Below are positions 44,054-54,489 of a stretch of DNA of 64,000 nucleotides, piece after piece (within the stretch, counting starts at the first letter, position 1; every line of letters begins with the position of its first letter). Origin of the DNA: Pachysolen tannophilus NRRL Y-2460. Taxonomy: Eukaryota. The stretch is from the NCBI GenBank assembly GCA_001661245.1, contig KV454013.1, positions 1,024,502-1,088,501 of the forward strand. The letters run 5' to 3'. The translations under genes and the position numbers were made by a program. The notes below the pieces were generated by a model that was not told the origin of the DNA, did not search any database, and was given only the letters and a program-made list of their open reading frames with translations.

Positions 44054-44240
44054 GATAACGCACATAATATTCGCGTGCTGCTAAAAAANAAAAAAAAAAG
44101 CTAAATAGTGTTGTAACAGTCATAAAGATAATACTAACTTTATAGGTACTTTTGCTGACTTGCAGCTATAGCAAAAAGCCGCTATCGATAAATGTAACTA
44201 TCATGCATAAGAGATGATAATGTCTGTTATTTTGTTATCA
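44054..44240. promoter_or_regulatory. Cluster of GATAA/TTATC elements (putative nitrogen-catabolite GATA-factor sites)
   Basis: GATAA at 44054, 44127, 44187 and 44216, and TTATC at 44235, all upstream of a purine permease. Confidence 0.45.
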
Positions 44241-44549
44241 TCATGTAGAATTTTGATTGTTAATTGTCTTTTCTTTTTTTTTTTTTTTTTTTTTTTTTTG
44301 ATCTTAATTTATTTTAAATAGGAAAAAGAAAAGAGAGAGAACCGAAAGGTAAAATAAATAGATCAGAGAGAGTAAGTTATAAAATAGATCAAATCCTCTC
44401 TGCAAAGTGAATTAAAAAATATTCATTCTGTATTAATTTTTTTTTTTCATTCAATTTTACCTTTTTCTTTTTCTGATTAATTTTCATAATATATTCAGTT
44501 AGAGAAACTATTAAGAGTTTTTTTTTGCTTTTAAATATTTTTAATAGTA

Positions 44550-46280
44550 ATGGTTGAACAAATTGGACAAGTTGCCTCGGATAAGGCTAGACATATTCTC
44601 CATAAATGGACTACTAAAGAAGGTATATTTGGTGATTATGATTATAAGTACCTTTTCACACCAACTTTACCATTTATTAAAAAGACAAGAACAGTTCAAC
44701 CTTTTTTCGGGTTGAATTCCGAGATGCCATTATTTTTAGGGTTTTTATTAGGTTTTCAACATGCTTTAGCGATGTTAGCAGGTGTTGTATCTCCACCTTT
44801 AATTATATCTGCTGCTGCAAATCTTTCTGAAGAACATGAACAATATTTGGTTAGTTGTTCTTTAATTGTTTCAGGTATATTATCAGCAATTCAAATTACT
44901 AGGTTTCATATTCCAAAAACACCTTATTATATTGGTACTGGATTAGTTTCTGTTGTTGGTACTTCATTTGCTACAATTACAATTACTGGTAAAGCGTTCC
45001 CATTGATGTACCTGAATGGAGAATGTCCAGTTAGTTCTGATGGTACAGAACTTGCTTGTCCCGATGGATATGGTGGAATTTTAGCTACTGGTTGTGTTTG
45101 TGCTTTATTAGAAATTGCATTATCCTTTTTACCTCCAGCTGTTTTACAAAAAGTTTTCCCACCTTTAGTTACTGGGCCTGTTGTATTATTAATTGGTATT
45201 TCATTAGTTGAAAGTGGATTTGAAGATTGGTTAGGTGGTTCTGGTTGTATTGATTCTATATGTCCAGATTCAAGTGCACCTCATCCATTAGAATATGGAT
45301 CAGCATCTTTTATTGGTTTAGGTTTTTTAGTTTTTTTCGTTATTATTCTTTGTGAAAAATGGGGGTCACCAATAATGAAATCATGTGCTGTTATTGTTGG
45401 ATTATTAGTTGGTTGTATTGTTGCTGCTGCATGTAATTATTTTGAAAGTTCAGGAATTAGTTCTGCGCCAGTTGCTACATTCATGTGGGTTCATACTTTT
45501 AAATTAAAAGTTTATGGACCTGCAGTTTTACCTATGTTAGCATTGTATATAGTTTTAATGATGGAAGCTATTGGTGATATTACTGCAACTTCTGATGTTT
45601 CAAGAGTAGAAGTTGAAGGTCCATTATATGAATCAAGAATCCAAGGTGGTGTTCTTGCAGATGGTTTCAATGGATTATTATCTTGTTTAATGACATGTAC
45701 ACCAATGTCAACATTTGCTCAAAATAATGGTGTTATTTCAATTACTAAATGTGCTAATAGAACTGCTGGTTATTGGTGTTGTTTCTTCTTAATAGTAATG
45801 GGGATTTTCAGTAAATTTGCTGCTGCATTAGTGGCAATTCCAAAAGCAGTCTTGGGTGGAATGACAAGTTTTTTATTTACATCTGTTGCAGTTTCTGGAT
45901 TACGTATTATTTCAACTGTAGAATTTACAAGAAGAGATAGATTTGTATTTACTGCATCATTAGTCATTGGTTTAGGTGCTACCTTGATTACAGATTGGTT
46001 TGATGGAGTTTTCACATATGATGGATCTAATAATGGGTTAAAAGGTTTTTATGATGCAATAATCTTGGTATGTGAAACAGGTTTTGCAATTACAGGTTTA
46101 ATAGGTGTAATTTTAAATTTATTCATTCCACAAGAATCAGAAGAAGATGACGTTGCTGGTGGCATCATTGAAGAACATATCATGTCTGAAGGACCTGTGG
46201 AAGTTATTGGTGAATCAACTGTATCAACAACAAAATCTTTCCATGATAGTGATAATAAAGATGCAGAAAAAGTTGCCTAA
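44550..46280 (+). CDS. NAT/NCS2-family xanthine/uric acid permease (UapA/UapC/Xut1-like)
   Basis: GFQHALAML (TM1 QH), VVGTSF, FPPLVTGPVV, EAIGDITATSDVS, IQGGVLADG and the NAT signature FAQNNGVISITKCANRTAG. Confidence 0.95.
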   Translation: MVEQIGQVASDKARHILHKWTTKEGIFGDYDYKYLFTPTLPFIKKTRTVQPFFGLNSEMPLFLGFLLGFQHALAMLAGVVSPPLIISAAANLSEEHEQYLVSCSLIVSGILSAIQITRFHIPKTPYYIGTGLVSVVGTSFATITITGKAFPLMYLNGECPVSSDGTELACPDGYGGILATGCVCALLEIALSFLPPAVLQKVFPPLVTGPVVLLIGISLVESGFEDWLGGSGCIDSICPDSSAPHPLEYGSASFIGLGFLVFFVIILCEKWGSPIMKSCAVIVGLLVGCIVAAACNYFESSGISSAPVATFMWVHTFKLKVYGPAVLPMLALYIVLMMEAIGDITATSDVSRVEVEGPLYESRIQGGVLADGFNGLLSCLMTCTPMSTFAQNNGVISITKCANRTAGYWCCFFLIVMGIFSKFAAALVAIPKAVLGGMTSFLFTSVAVSGLRIISTVEFTRRDRFVFTASLVIGLGATLITDWFDGVFTYDGSNNGLKGFYDAIILVCETGFAITGLIGVILNLFIPQESEEDDVAGGIIEEHIMSEGPVEVIGESTVSTTKSFHDSDNKDAEKVA

Positions 46281-46985
46281 TGCGGCTTCTTTCCCAATAA
46301 ATAATAATAATAATATATTATTATTATTATATGAAGCATATATGTAATAGAGTCTCTTTTTTTTTTCTTTTCTTTTTTTCATTTTTTTCTTTTCTCCTCT
46401 CGTTTTTTAACCAAGTTTAATTTTTGTATAATTTTTTTCCTTTTTTAGTCATTTGATATTGTAGACACGTAATGTAAGATACATACTGATTAATTTTGCT
46501 ATTATCTTTTATTTTTTTTAAACACGACTTTTATAAATGGTTCTGTCAACAAATAAGAAAAACAAAACACGGGTTTTATAATGAGGGGCTTTTTCATTTG
46601 TTCAATTCTTCTTCTTCTTTTTGATTTTTTTGATTTGTAAATGCACGACTCTGTTTTATTTTAAGTTTCTTTCCTGAAGTGGAAACAAAGTATTTTTCTC
46701 TTAATAATAATTTCTTCACCAGCGAAAAAAAAAATCCAAAAAAAACCAAAAAAAAACGCTTTTTCTCTCTTAGTATTATTATACACACACACACATAACA
46801 AAAGGTGTTGAACAAATGGGTAAATGTCTCTCTATACTGAAATGTACCTAAAAAAAAAAACTCTCGCTCAAACTCTTTACACAATTAAATTTATAAAATA
46901 AAACGCTGATTATAAAATTAATCTCTAAAATCTAATTATAGAGGGAAAAAAAAAAAAAAAGAGAGAGTGAGAAAGAGAGAAAGAG

Positions 46986-49900
46986 ATGAGTGATCAGGTT
47001 AGCGCTATAGAGCGGTCGCCTTCTACTGGAACGAGTAAGCAGAATAATGGTACGAGTACTGGTTTTGGAATTGGTTTTGAAATTGGTGGTGGTGATTTAA
47101 ATGTTGACGGCGGCGGCAATGGTAGTTTGGGCAGTGGATCCAGTGGATCCACTGGATCCATGTCTTTGAAAACAATGCTTGCAAGTGCAAATACAAACAA
47201 TATAGGTGATTCAGACCATCATGCTAATGTATCGGATACGGATCATGGTCATAACAGTAATAGTAATAATAATAATAGCGGTAGAATGTCTATTTCTGCC
47301 ATGTTATCTTCACCTGTTGATCAATCTCATTTAGAAAATAATGTTGGTGTTGGGAATCAAAGGCAATTACAACAAAGAAAAATTGATACTAAATCAAAAA
47401 ATTTAATGGATGTTGTTGATACAACAACAGATTTTTTCTTAAATTCACAACAACAAAAATTACAAAAAGAAAATTTTTTAAAATTAGCTGTTGATGGATC
47501 ACTGATGGCTTTTTTCGAAAATTTTCAACAAAAAATTACTGGTTTAGTAGAATTGGATTCATCATTTACAAATAAATTTAATGTATTAAAATATTTAGAA
47601 AATGAACTGAAATTATTAAATAATGATAATGATGTCACTGTTAGTGTTGATGGTTCATCATTAGTTGCAAAGAAATTAATCGAATTTCTTAAAAAAGATC
47701 TCTTATCAAAGGATAATAAAATAATGGATAAAGCTGTCAAGAGAGAAAAATTGGTAAAACAAGAATTGGAAATGAGAATGTTAGAAAGTCAACAACAGCT
47801 GTTATATGAGCTGGAAGCTTCCAAGTTGGATGGCGAACATCATGATGCAAAAAATTCAAACAACAACGTTGCTGGGGAAGGGAAAAGAAAGCGTGGTGGA
47901 TCCCAAGCTTCTTCTTCTGCAGCAGCAGCAGCAGCCGGTGGATCAGGTACTACTTCTACTTCTACTTCCACTGCTGACAACCTGATGAATGGACCTCCTC
48001 CAAAGAGAAGAAGAGGAGGTCCAAGAGGTGGTAACTCAAGCTTACAAAACTCAACAGTACCAGAAGAAGATGTAAATTCACAAAAAGATATTAAAAAGAG
48101 AAGACCTGGTGGTGGAAGGAAAAGAACTGCTGCAGGTACTTTGAAAACTGATCTGTCTAATGGTGATGATATACTGGGAGAAGATCTGGATAATAATAAT
48201 AATAATAATACTTACTCAACAATTGCATCAAGAAGAAGACGTGGTGGACCAAGAAGAAAGGCAAGTACAGTGGCTGAAGAAGAAATAGACAAACAGATTA
48301 ATAGTCAAAATTCCACTTCGGGAACAGGCTCAACTAAAGTAAAGTTGAAATTGAACTTGGCTGCTGGGCCACCAACAGAAGAACAACTGCAACTGCAACT
48401 GCAACTGAATAAAAATAAGGACCAACATCAAAAAGAAAACCTGTCTGAACAACAACAGCCAAAGAAAAACACTAAAGAACAAAGAGCAATTGATAAACAA
48501 TATGATAATGTATACTTGTCAATATGGAAAGATTTATCTAGAAAAGATGGTCCAAAGATATATAGAGTTTATCAACAATCTCAACAGGCAAAACAATTAA
48601 ATTTAAAGAAAACTGCAATGTTGGCAGCAAGAGAATCGAAAAGATGGCAATTACAGACAAATAAATCTCAAAAAGATTTACAAACTAAGGCAAGAAGATC
48701 CATGAGAGAAATGTTTAGTTTCTGGAAAAAGAATGAAAGAGAGGAAAGAGATTTACGTAAGAAAGCAGAAAAGGAAGCATTAGACCAGGCAAAACGTGAA
48801 GAAGATGAAAGAGAAGCAAAGAGACAATCTAAAAAATTAAACTTTTTAATTACTCAAACAGAATTGTATTCACATTTTATTGGTAAAAAAATTAAAACAG
48901 ATGAAATTGAAGGTTCAATGTCGGATAAAGCTTTAGCATTAAAATCTCAACATCATGGTACAGATCCTGAACTGGTTAATTTGAAAGATGCAATTAATGA
49001 TATTAGTTCCATTGATTTTGATGCTCAAAATGATGACGAATTAAAGAAAGCTGCTGCTGCAAATGCACAAACAGCATTATTAAAAGCACAACAAAAGGCT
49101 AAACAATTCAATAACGACGTTAAAGATATCAACATTGATGATGATGAAATGAATTTCCAAAATCCAACTTCATTTGGTGATATCACTATTGAACAACCAA
49201 AATCTTTGACATGTACTTTGAAAGAATATCAATTGAAAGGTTTAAATTGGTTGGCCAATTTATACGATCAAGGTATTAACGGTATCTTGGCAGATGAAAT
49301 GGGTTTAGGTAAAACTGTTCAAAGTATATCTGTCTTGGCTTACTTGGCTGAAACTCATAATATTTGGGGCCCATTTTTGGTTGTAACTCCAGCTTCAACA
49401 TTACATAATTGGCAACAGGAAATTTCCAAATTTCTTCCAAATTTTAAAGTTTTACCATATTGGGGTAATTCAAAAGATCGTAAAGTTTTAAGAAAATTTT
49501 GGGATAGAAAAAAAATTGTTTACGATAAAGATTCTCCTTTCCATGTTTTAGTTACTTCTTATCAATTAGTTGTTGCTGATGTTCAATATTTTCAAAGAGT
49601 TAAATGGCAATATATGATTTTGGATGAAGCACAAGCTATCAAGTCTTCTCAATCCTCTAGATGGAAGTCTTTGTTGAGTTTCCAGTGCCGTAATAGATTG
49701 TTATTGACTGGTACACCAATTCAGAATTCTATGCAAGAATTATGGGCTTTATTACATTTTATCATGCCATCATTATTCGATTCTCATGATGAATTTAGCG
49801 AATGGTTCTCAAAGGATATCGAGTCTCATGCACAATCAAATACCCAATTAAATGAACAACAATTGAGAAGATTACATGTTATCTTGAAGCCTTTCATGTT

Positions 49901-51557
49901 GCGTCGTATCAAGAAAAATGTTCAAAGTGAATTGGGTGATAAGATTGAAATTGATCTTTATTGTAATTTGACCAATAGACAAAAGAAGTTATATCAGATG
50001 TTGAAAAGTCAAATATCTGTTATGGATTTAATGGATAAATTGAAAGGTGATACTACAACCAGCAAGAATCTAGATGAAAATACAGATTCTTTAATGAATT
50101 TAGTTATGCAATTTAGAAAAGTTTGTAACCATCCTGATTTGTTTGAAAGAGCTGACACAAAATCAGCTTTTACATTTAGTAAATACGCTGTTACTGCTTC
50201 ATTTTTGAAAGAGTCCCATAAGAAGGAGTTGGATTTTTATTATTCAACTCGTAATGAAATTGAATATAAGCTTCCTAAGCTTATTTATGATGATTTATTA
50301 AGACCTCATGAAAATAATACAATTTTTGATAAAGATTTCAATAGTAACCATTTGTTGAATATTTGGTCTCCAAATTATATCAAGGAAAATAATAACAATG
50401 ATGATGTGTTTACTTGGTTAAAATTCATTTCTATGACAGCGAACGAAATTATTAGAATAGCAAGATCAAATTTACTTGAGAATGCTATCAACCTTAGGAA
50501 TTATAATGATGAATATCCTGGTGATTATTTGAATCGATTTAAGACCGTCTACAATGAAGAGAAGAATTTCAATTTGAAAGATGATAAATTTTTCTTGATC
50601 AATGAATTAAATCCAATCAACAAAGTGAACACTAACATGAACTGTGAATTGAAAGAGTTATTTACTGTTAGAAAGAAAGTTTATACTGACATGTATTTGA
50701 ATGTTGCTGAACCTTCAGCTTTTGATCCAGTAGTTGCACCACCTATTGAAATTTCATGTTCAAGGCAGAATTTCAATTTTGACAAAGAGAATTCATTATT
50801 CAATAGTAAAATCCAGACAGCGTTAATGCCATTAAGTTTGGATTACCAATATGAATTAATGTCGAAAAATATCCCTATAGATCAGTTCCCTAAAGCGGAA
50901 ATGTTGCCACTGTCTATCAGTAATAAGATTGGGTTCTCAACGATCCATTTACCATCTATGAAAAGATTTGTCATTGAATCAGGTAAATTAGCTAAATTAG
51001 ATCAGTTATTAGTAGGATTGAAAAAACACGATCATAAAGTTTTGATTTATTTCCAGATGACAAGAATGATGGATCTTATGGAAGAATATTTGAAGTATAA
51101 GCAATACAAGTATATTAGATTAGATGGTTCTTCTAAATTGAGTGATAGGAGAGACTTGGTCCACGATTGGCAGACCCGTCCAGAGTTATTCATCTTTTTG
51201 TTATCTACGAGAGCCGGTGGTTTAGGTATCAACTTAACAGCTGCGGATACGGTTGTCTTTTATGATTCTGACTGGAACCCAACAATTGACTCACAAGCAA
51301 TGGACAGAGCACATAGATTAGGACAAACAAGGCAAGTCACTGTTTACAGGTTATTGGTTAAAGGCACAATAGAGGAGAGAATGAGAGACAGGGCTAAACA
51401 GAAAGAACATGTCCAACAAGTGGTCATGGAAGGTAAGGCCAATACTGATGACGAAGTTAGCTCCAACAATAATTCAAAGGGTAAAAATAGTGCAGTCATT
51501 GAGAAGAAAAAGGAGGTAGCCATGTTGTTGTTGGGTAAGGATGAAGATGATATATAG
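46986..51557 (+). CDS. INO80: Chromatin-remodelling ATPase Ino80
   Basis: HSA/DBINO region [10 protein letters not shown]...[35 protein letters not shown], a split ATPase insertion, and [11 protein letters not shown]. Confidence 0.97.
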   Translation: MSDQVSAIERSPSTGTSKQNNGTSTGFGIGFEIGGGDLNVDGGGNGSLGSGSSGSTGSMSLKTMLASANTNNIGDSDHHANVSDTDHGHNSNSNNNNSGRMSISAMLSSPVDQSHLENNVGVGNQRQLQQRKIDTKSKNLMDVVDTTTDFFLNSQQQKLQKENFLKLAVDGSLMAFFENFQQKITGLVELDSSFTNKFNVLKYLENELKLLNNDNDVTVSVDGSSLVAKKLIEFLKKDLLSKDNKIMDKAVKREKLVKQELEMRMLESQQQLLYELEASKLDGEHHDAKNSNNNVAGEGKRKRGGSQASSSAAAAAAGGSGTTSTSTSTADNLMNGPPPKRRRGGPRGGNSSLQNSTVPEEDVNSQKDIKKRRPGGGRKRTAAGTLKTDLSNGDDILGEDLDNNNNNNTYSTIASRRRRGGPRRKASTVAEEEIDKQINSQNSTSGTGSTKVKLKLNLAAGPPTEEQLQLQLQLNKNKDQHQKENLSEQQQPKKNTKEQRAIDKQYDNVYLSIWKDLSRKDGPKIYRVYQQSQQAKQLNLKKTAMLAARESKRWQLQTNKSQKDLQTKARRSMREMFSFWKKNEREERDLRKKAEKEALDQAKREEDEREAKRQSKKLNFLITQTELYSHFIGKKIKTDEIEGSMSDKALALKSQHHGTDPELVNLKDAINDISSIDFDAQNDDELKKAAAANAQTALLKAQQKAKQFNNDVKDINIDDDEMNFQNPTSFGDITIEQPKSLTCTLKEYQLKGLNWLANLYDQGINGILADEMGLGKTVQSISVLAYLAETHNIWGPFLVVTPASTLHNWQQEISKFLPNFKVLPYWGNSKDRKVLRKFWDRKKIVYDKDSPFHVLVTSYQLVVADVQYFQRVKWQYMILDEAQAIKSSQSSRWKSLLSFQCRNRLLLTGTPIQNSMQELWALLHFIMPSLFDSHDEFSEWFSKDIESHAQSNTQLNEQQLRRLHVILKPFMLRRIKKNVQSELGDKIEIDLYCNLTNRQKKLYQMLKSQISVMDLMDKLKGDTTTSKNLDENTDSLMNLVMQFRKVCNHPDLFERADTKSAFTFSKYAVTASFLKESHKKELDFYYSTRNEIEYKLPKLIYDDLLRPHENNTIFDKDFNSNHLLNIWSPNYIKENNNNDDVFTWLKFISMTANEIIRIARSNLLENAINLRNYNDEYPGDYLNRFKTVYNEEKNFNLKDDKFFLINELNPINKVNTNMNCELKELFTVRKKVYTDMYLNVAEPSAFDPVVAPPIEISCSRQNFNFDKENSLFNSKIQTALMPLSLDYQYELMSKNIPIDQFPKAEMLPLSISNKIGFSTIHLPSMKRFVIESGKLAKLDQLLVGLKKHDHKVLIYFQMTRMMDLMEEYLKYKQYKYIRLDGSSKLSDRRDLVHDWQTRPELFIFLLSTRAGGLGINLTAADTVVFYDSDWNPTIDSQAMDRAHRLGQTRQVTVYRLLVKGTIEERMRDRAKQKEHVQQVVMEGKANTDDEVSSNNNSKGKNSAVIEKKKEVAMLLLGKDEDDI

Positions 51558-51824
51558 ATTTTGATTGTCGTACGCTTATTTGATTTATGATTTTTTAGTT
51601 AGTTAATTTAGGCATTAGTTTTGGAAAATGTACGTTCATTTTTGAATTTAAATTATTTTATAACTATATTAAAACAACTCTTATACTCAGTACCAGTACG
51701 GAGAAATGAATGCGAACTTGTGAAATAAATAAGAAACAAATTTTTTGAATAAAAAAAAAAAAAAAAAAAAAGGAACGAAGAAGAATTAAAAGCAAATCAC
51801 GAATATCTAAGTTTGTATGATGAT

Positions 51825-54329
51825 CTAGCACCAAGTAAAAACAGGCGGTTTACTATTAACAGTCTGCAATCTTTCGATGATGACTCTCTTTGAAGCAAGT
51901 GAAGATTCATGTATTTGAAACCCAAGATTCTCACTATTTATATTACTGCTGTTATTATTACTATTAACTTTTTTATTTGCATTATTATTGACATTATTCT
52001 TCAAAACTCCAATGCTGTTTTTATTTTTGCTTCCGCTTCCAATGCTTCCACTGTAATTTGTGTTAGGATCAGTGGTAATTACTGAATCCATTCCCGAAAC
52101 AGATGCCAAACCCGTATAACATTGATCCTCATGTGTTGGCAATGTAGGAGAATATTGAGTTGAAGACATTGCCTGTTGTATTGAATTATTAAATTCATCT
52201 TCGTTTATACCACCATTTACTAGTTCACTCCATTTATTTTGAAAGTTTTCATTAAACTGCTCATTTGATATTGGCGAGGAAGAATTGTTAAAATAATCAT
52301 ATTTATTGGGTGTTATCTTTGCAGAGCTGGCGATGATATTATTATCATTACTCTTGAATGGATTTAAAGATGGTTCTGCAGCGTCTTCATTTTCACTAAT
52401 GGTTTCAATAGTTTCTCGCTTTCTAGCAATCGCTGTTTTCACGGGAGATTGCCTTAAACTCTCATCAAATAATTTAGCTTTGTTTCCTAACGTCAGTTGC
52501 TTATTCCATGTTTCATTGTTATTGGATGTTCCAAAGCTGTTGTTTTTATGATTGTTAATATTGATACCAGTTGTAGCACTTCCTTGTTGCTGCAGTTGAT
52601 CCCAAATTGGTGTTTCAATAGCGCTAGTCATTATTGAAACTGGAACTTTGACGGGTACGTCCATTTCATCATCCCAAACCATCATTCTAGTTCTCCTAGC
52701 TAGTTCTAAAGGACCCTGACCTGGTGTTTTCAATGTTTCTACAACGTTAAAAGTTTGTCCCTTCATAACTGCCCACTGTTTTCTCCACATTCTTTCCTTG
52801 AATTCGGTATCTCTTGAAAACATTTCTCTAAACAAGATGGAACTTTCTTCCCACCATGCTGTAGAAGTTAGTAGAGGTAAATAGTGACGTCTCGTCTTTT
52901 CAGTAAATGGTTGTCCTATAATCGATATAGGCAAAAACAACCAACCAAATGGGAAAGACCTCCATTCATCGGGATGTTTCCAGGGCCATGAAAGACCTGA
53001 ATCTATTGCACCAATTTTAACGATTGGCTTTTTTTTATAATTTCCACTTGCCGTGTCGTGGCATAACTTCCACTCAACTTTAATCATCCAATTATCCAAT
53101 CCTCTATCGGTATTTCTCATTATATAGTCTAGAATGACTAACTTTTCTAGTTCCTCACGAAACTGTTCCAAAGTATCCGGTGTCCATTCAAAAACAGGAT
53201 CATCAGTATCATATGAGACCGGCTCATCTGAGTATGATGAAAATGTAGGGTTCAGTACCTTTGGTGTCACCACATTTTTTTGAGGAAATAAGTCTCTCCA
53301 AGATCTAGTTCCAGGAAGAGGGTGCTCTCTTAAGAATTGATCTGCTTCCTGATAACCTTTCAAAAAAAGTTGAAATGAACCAACTTTTTTCGGTAATGGT
53401 TTTCTATTAAGCTTGATGGCAAGTTGATCAAAAAAGGAATAATAAAAAGTCTCCGATGATAAGAAAACTGTATCAGTAAAAGGAACAATGTATGATTGTA
53501 ATTGCCTATCTAACAAGCACGCTGCTGATTCACAAATGTAGCCCAAGTTCGGAATCAAGCAACTTCTTCCAAAGAAACAAGGAAACAAATTTCTATGAAT
53601 GAATTTTGACCATTTTGGAGTCAATGGACCATAAGGTTCTTCATCTTTTGGCTTGAAAACAGCAACAACTTCTTTGTTGCAATTGTAAACAAAATAACAT
53701 CCAGAAGATCCCGTTGCAATCCTTTTGGGCAATATTCCTCTTTCAATAGCTTCAACGGCATCATCCACAACAACATCAAACAGCGCTTTAGTTGCATGAC
53801 CACTATTTGCAGTATTTACAAGCTCTTCTTTTGTGATAGGCTCAATATCAGGAGGTGCCTTAAAAACCGAATATTGAATTTCTGTTGGCTTTCCTTCCAA
53901 GTTTTTAGAGGAAACAACAACCCATTTGGGCAAATGAACAAGGCTCTTTGTCCATTTACCGACTTTACTATTTATCAGCTCAAATGACATATTCGAATGA
54001 TTTCTCGAAGGTCTCTTTGGTGAATTCTTCTTGGGAAATGATACCAAATTACCACCAGATCCATCATTACCTTGATCAGAAATCGTCAGTCTAGAGATGA
54101 TCATAGGTTCCTCAGCTTTTGGTTCCGTTTTGATCACCTTATTTGGTAAAATTGCATTGTTGGGTTGGTTATCATTAGCAGCTAAATAGTCTAAACCAGA
54201 AACGTTATTGTTATTACCCTTATCACTTCCGCCATTAAGGCCATCACCATCATTTCCGTCAGAGTAACCGCCAACCCAGTCACCGCCTTCTGCTTCATTA
54301 CGCTTCTTGTGCTTCTTCGTGCTATGCAT
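51825..54329 (-). CDS. LSB6: Type II phosphatidylinositol 4-kinase Lsb6
   Basis: GSSGCYFV, VFKPKDEEPYG, PCFFGRSCLIPN, LDYIMRNTDRGLDNW and AIDSGL. Ends KPPVFTWC. Confidence 0.94.
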   Translation of the reverse strand: MHSTKKHKKRNEAEGGDWVGGYSDGNDGDGLNGGSDKGNNNNVSGLDYLAANDNQPNNAILPNKVIKTEPKAEEPMIISRLTISDQGNDGSGGNLVSFPKKNSPKRPSRNHSNMSFELINSKVGKWTKSLVHLPKWVVVSSKNLEGKPTEIQYSVFKAPPDIEPITKEELVNTANSGHATKALFDVVVDDAVEAIERGILPKRIATGSSGCYFVYNCNKEVVAVFKPKDEEPYGPLTPKWSKFIHRNLFPCFFGRSCLIPNLGYICESAACLLDRQLQSYIVPFTDTVFLSSETFYYSFFDQLAIKLNRKPLPKKVGSFQLFLKGYQEADQFLREHPLPGTRSWRDLFPQKNVVTPKVLNPTFSSYSDEPVSYDTDDPVFEWTPDTLEQFREELEKLVILDYIMRNTDRGLDNWMIKVEWKLCHDTASGNYKKKPIVKIGAIDSGLSWPWKHPDEWRSFPFGWLFLPISIIGQPFTEKTRRHYLPLLTSTAWWEESSILFREMFSRDTEFKERMWRKQWAVMKGQTFNVVETLKTPGQGPLELARRTRMMVWDDEMDVPVKVPVSIMTSAIETPIWDQLQQQGSATTGININNHKNNSFGTSNNNETWNKQLTLGNKAKLFDESLRQSPVKTAIARKRETIETISENEDAAEPSLNPFKSNDNNIIASSAKITPNKYDYFNNSSSPISNEQFNENFQNKWSELVNGGINEDEFNNSIQQAMSSTQYSPTLPTHEDQCYTGLASVSGMDSVITTDPNTNYSGSIGSGSKNKNSIGVLKNNVNNNANKKVNSNNNSSNINSENLGFQIHESSLASKRVIIERLQTVNSKPPVFTWC

Positions 54330-54489
54330 TTCTCAAAGGCCCAGCTATTTCAATTAGCAGTGGTCCTGCACAAATTTTTGTAAATGATTTTTAAAGAGGA
54401 AAACTTTTTTAATTTTATAATTGATATCACAATAAATACAAAAGAATTTTATTATCGAATTACATGTTTCAGGTTCATATTTGGAGGTT

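Noticed and set aside
9735..54329. Two PI 4-kinases (STT4 and LSB6) as a functional cluster
   Set aside because: They are 36 kb apart with many unrelated genes between them, which is most likely coincidence.
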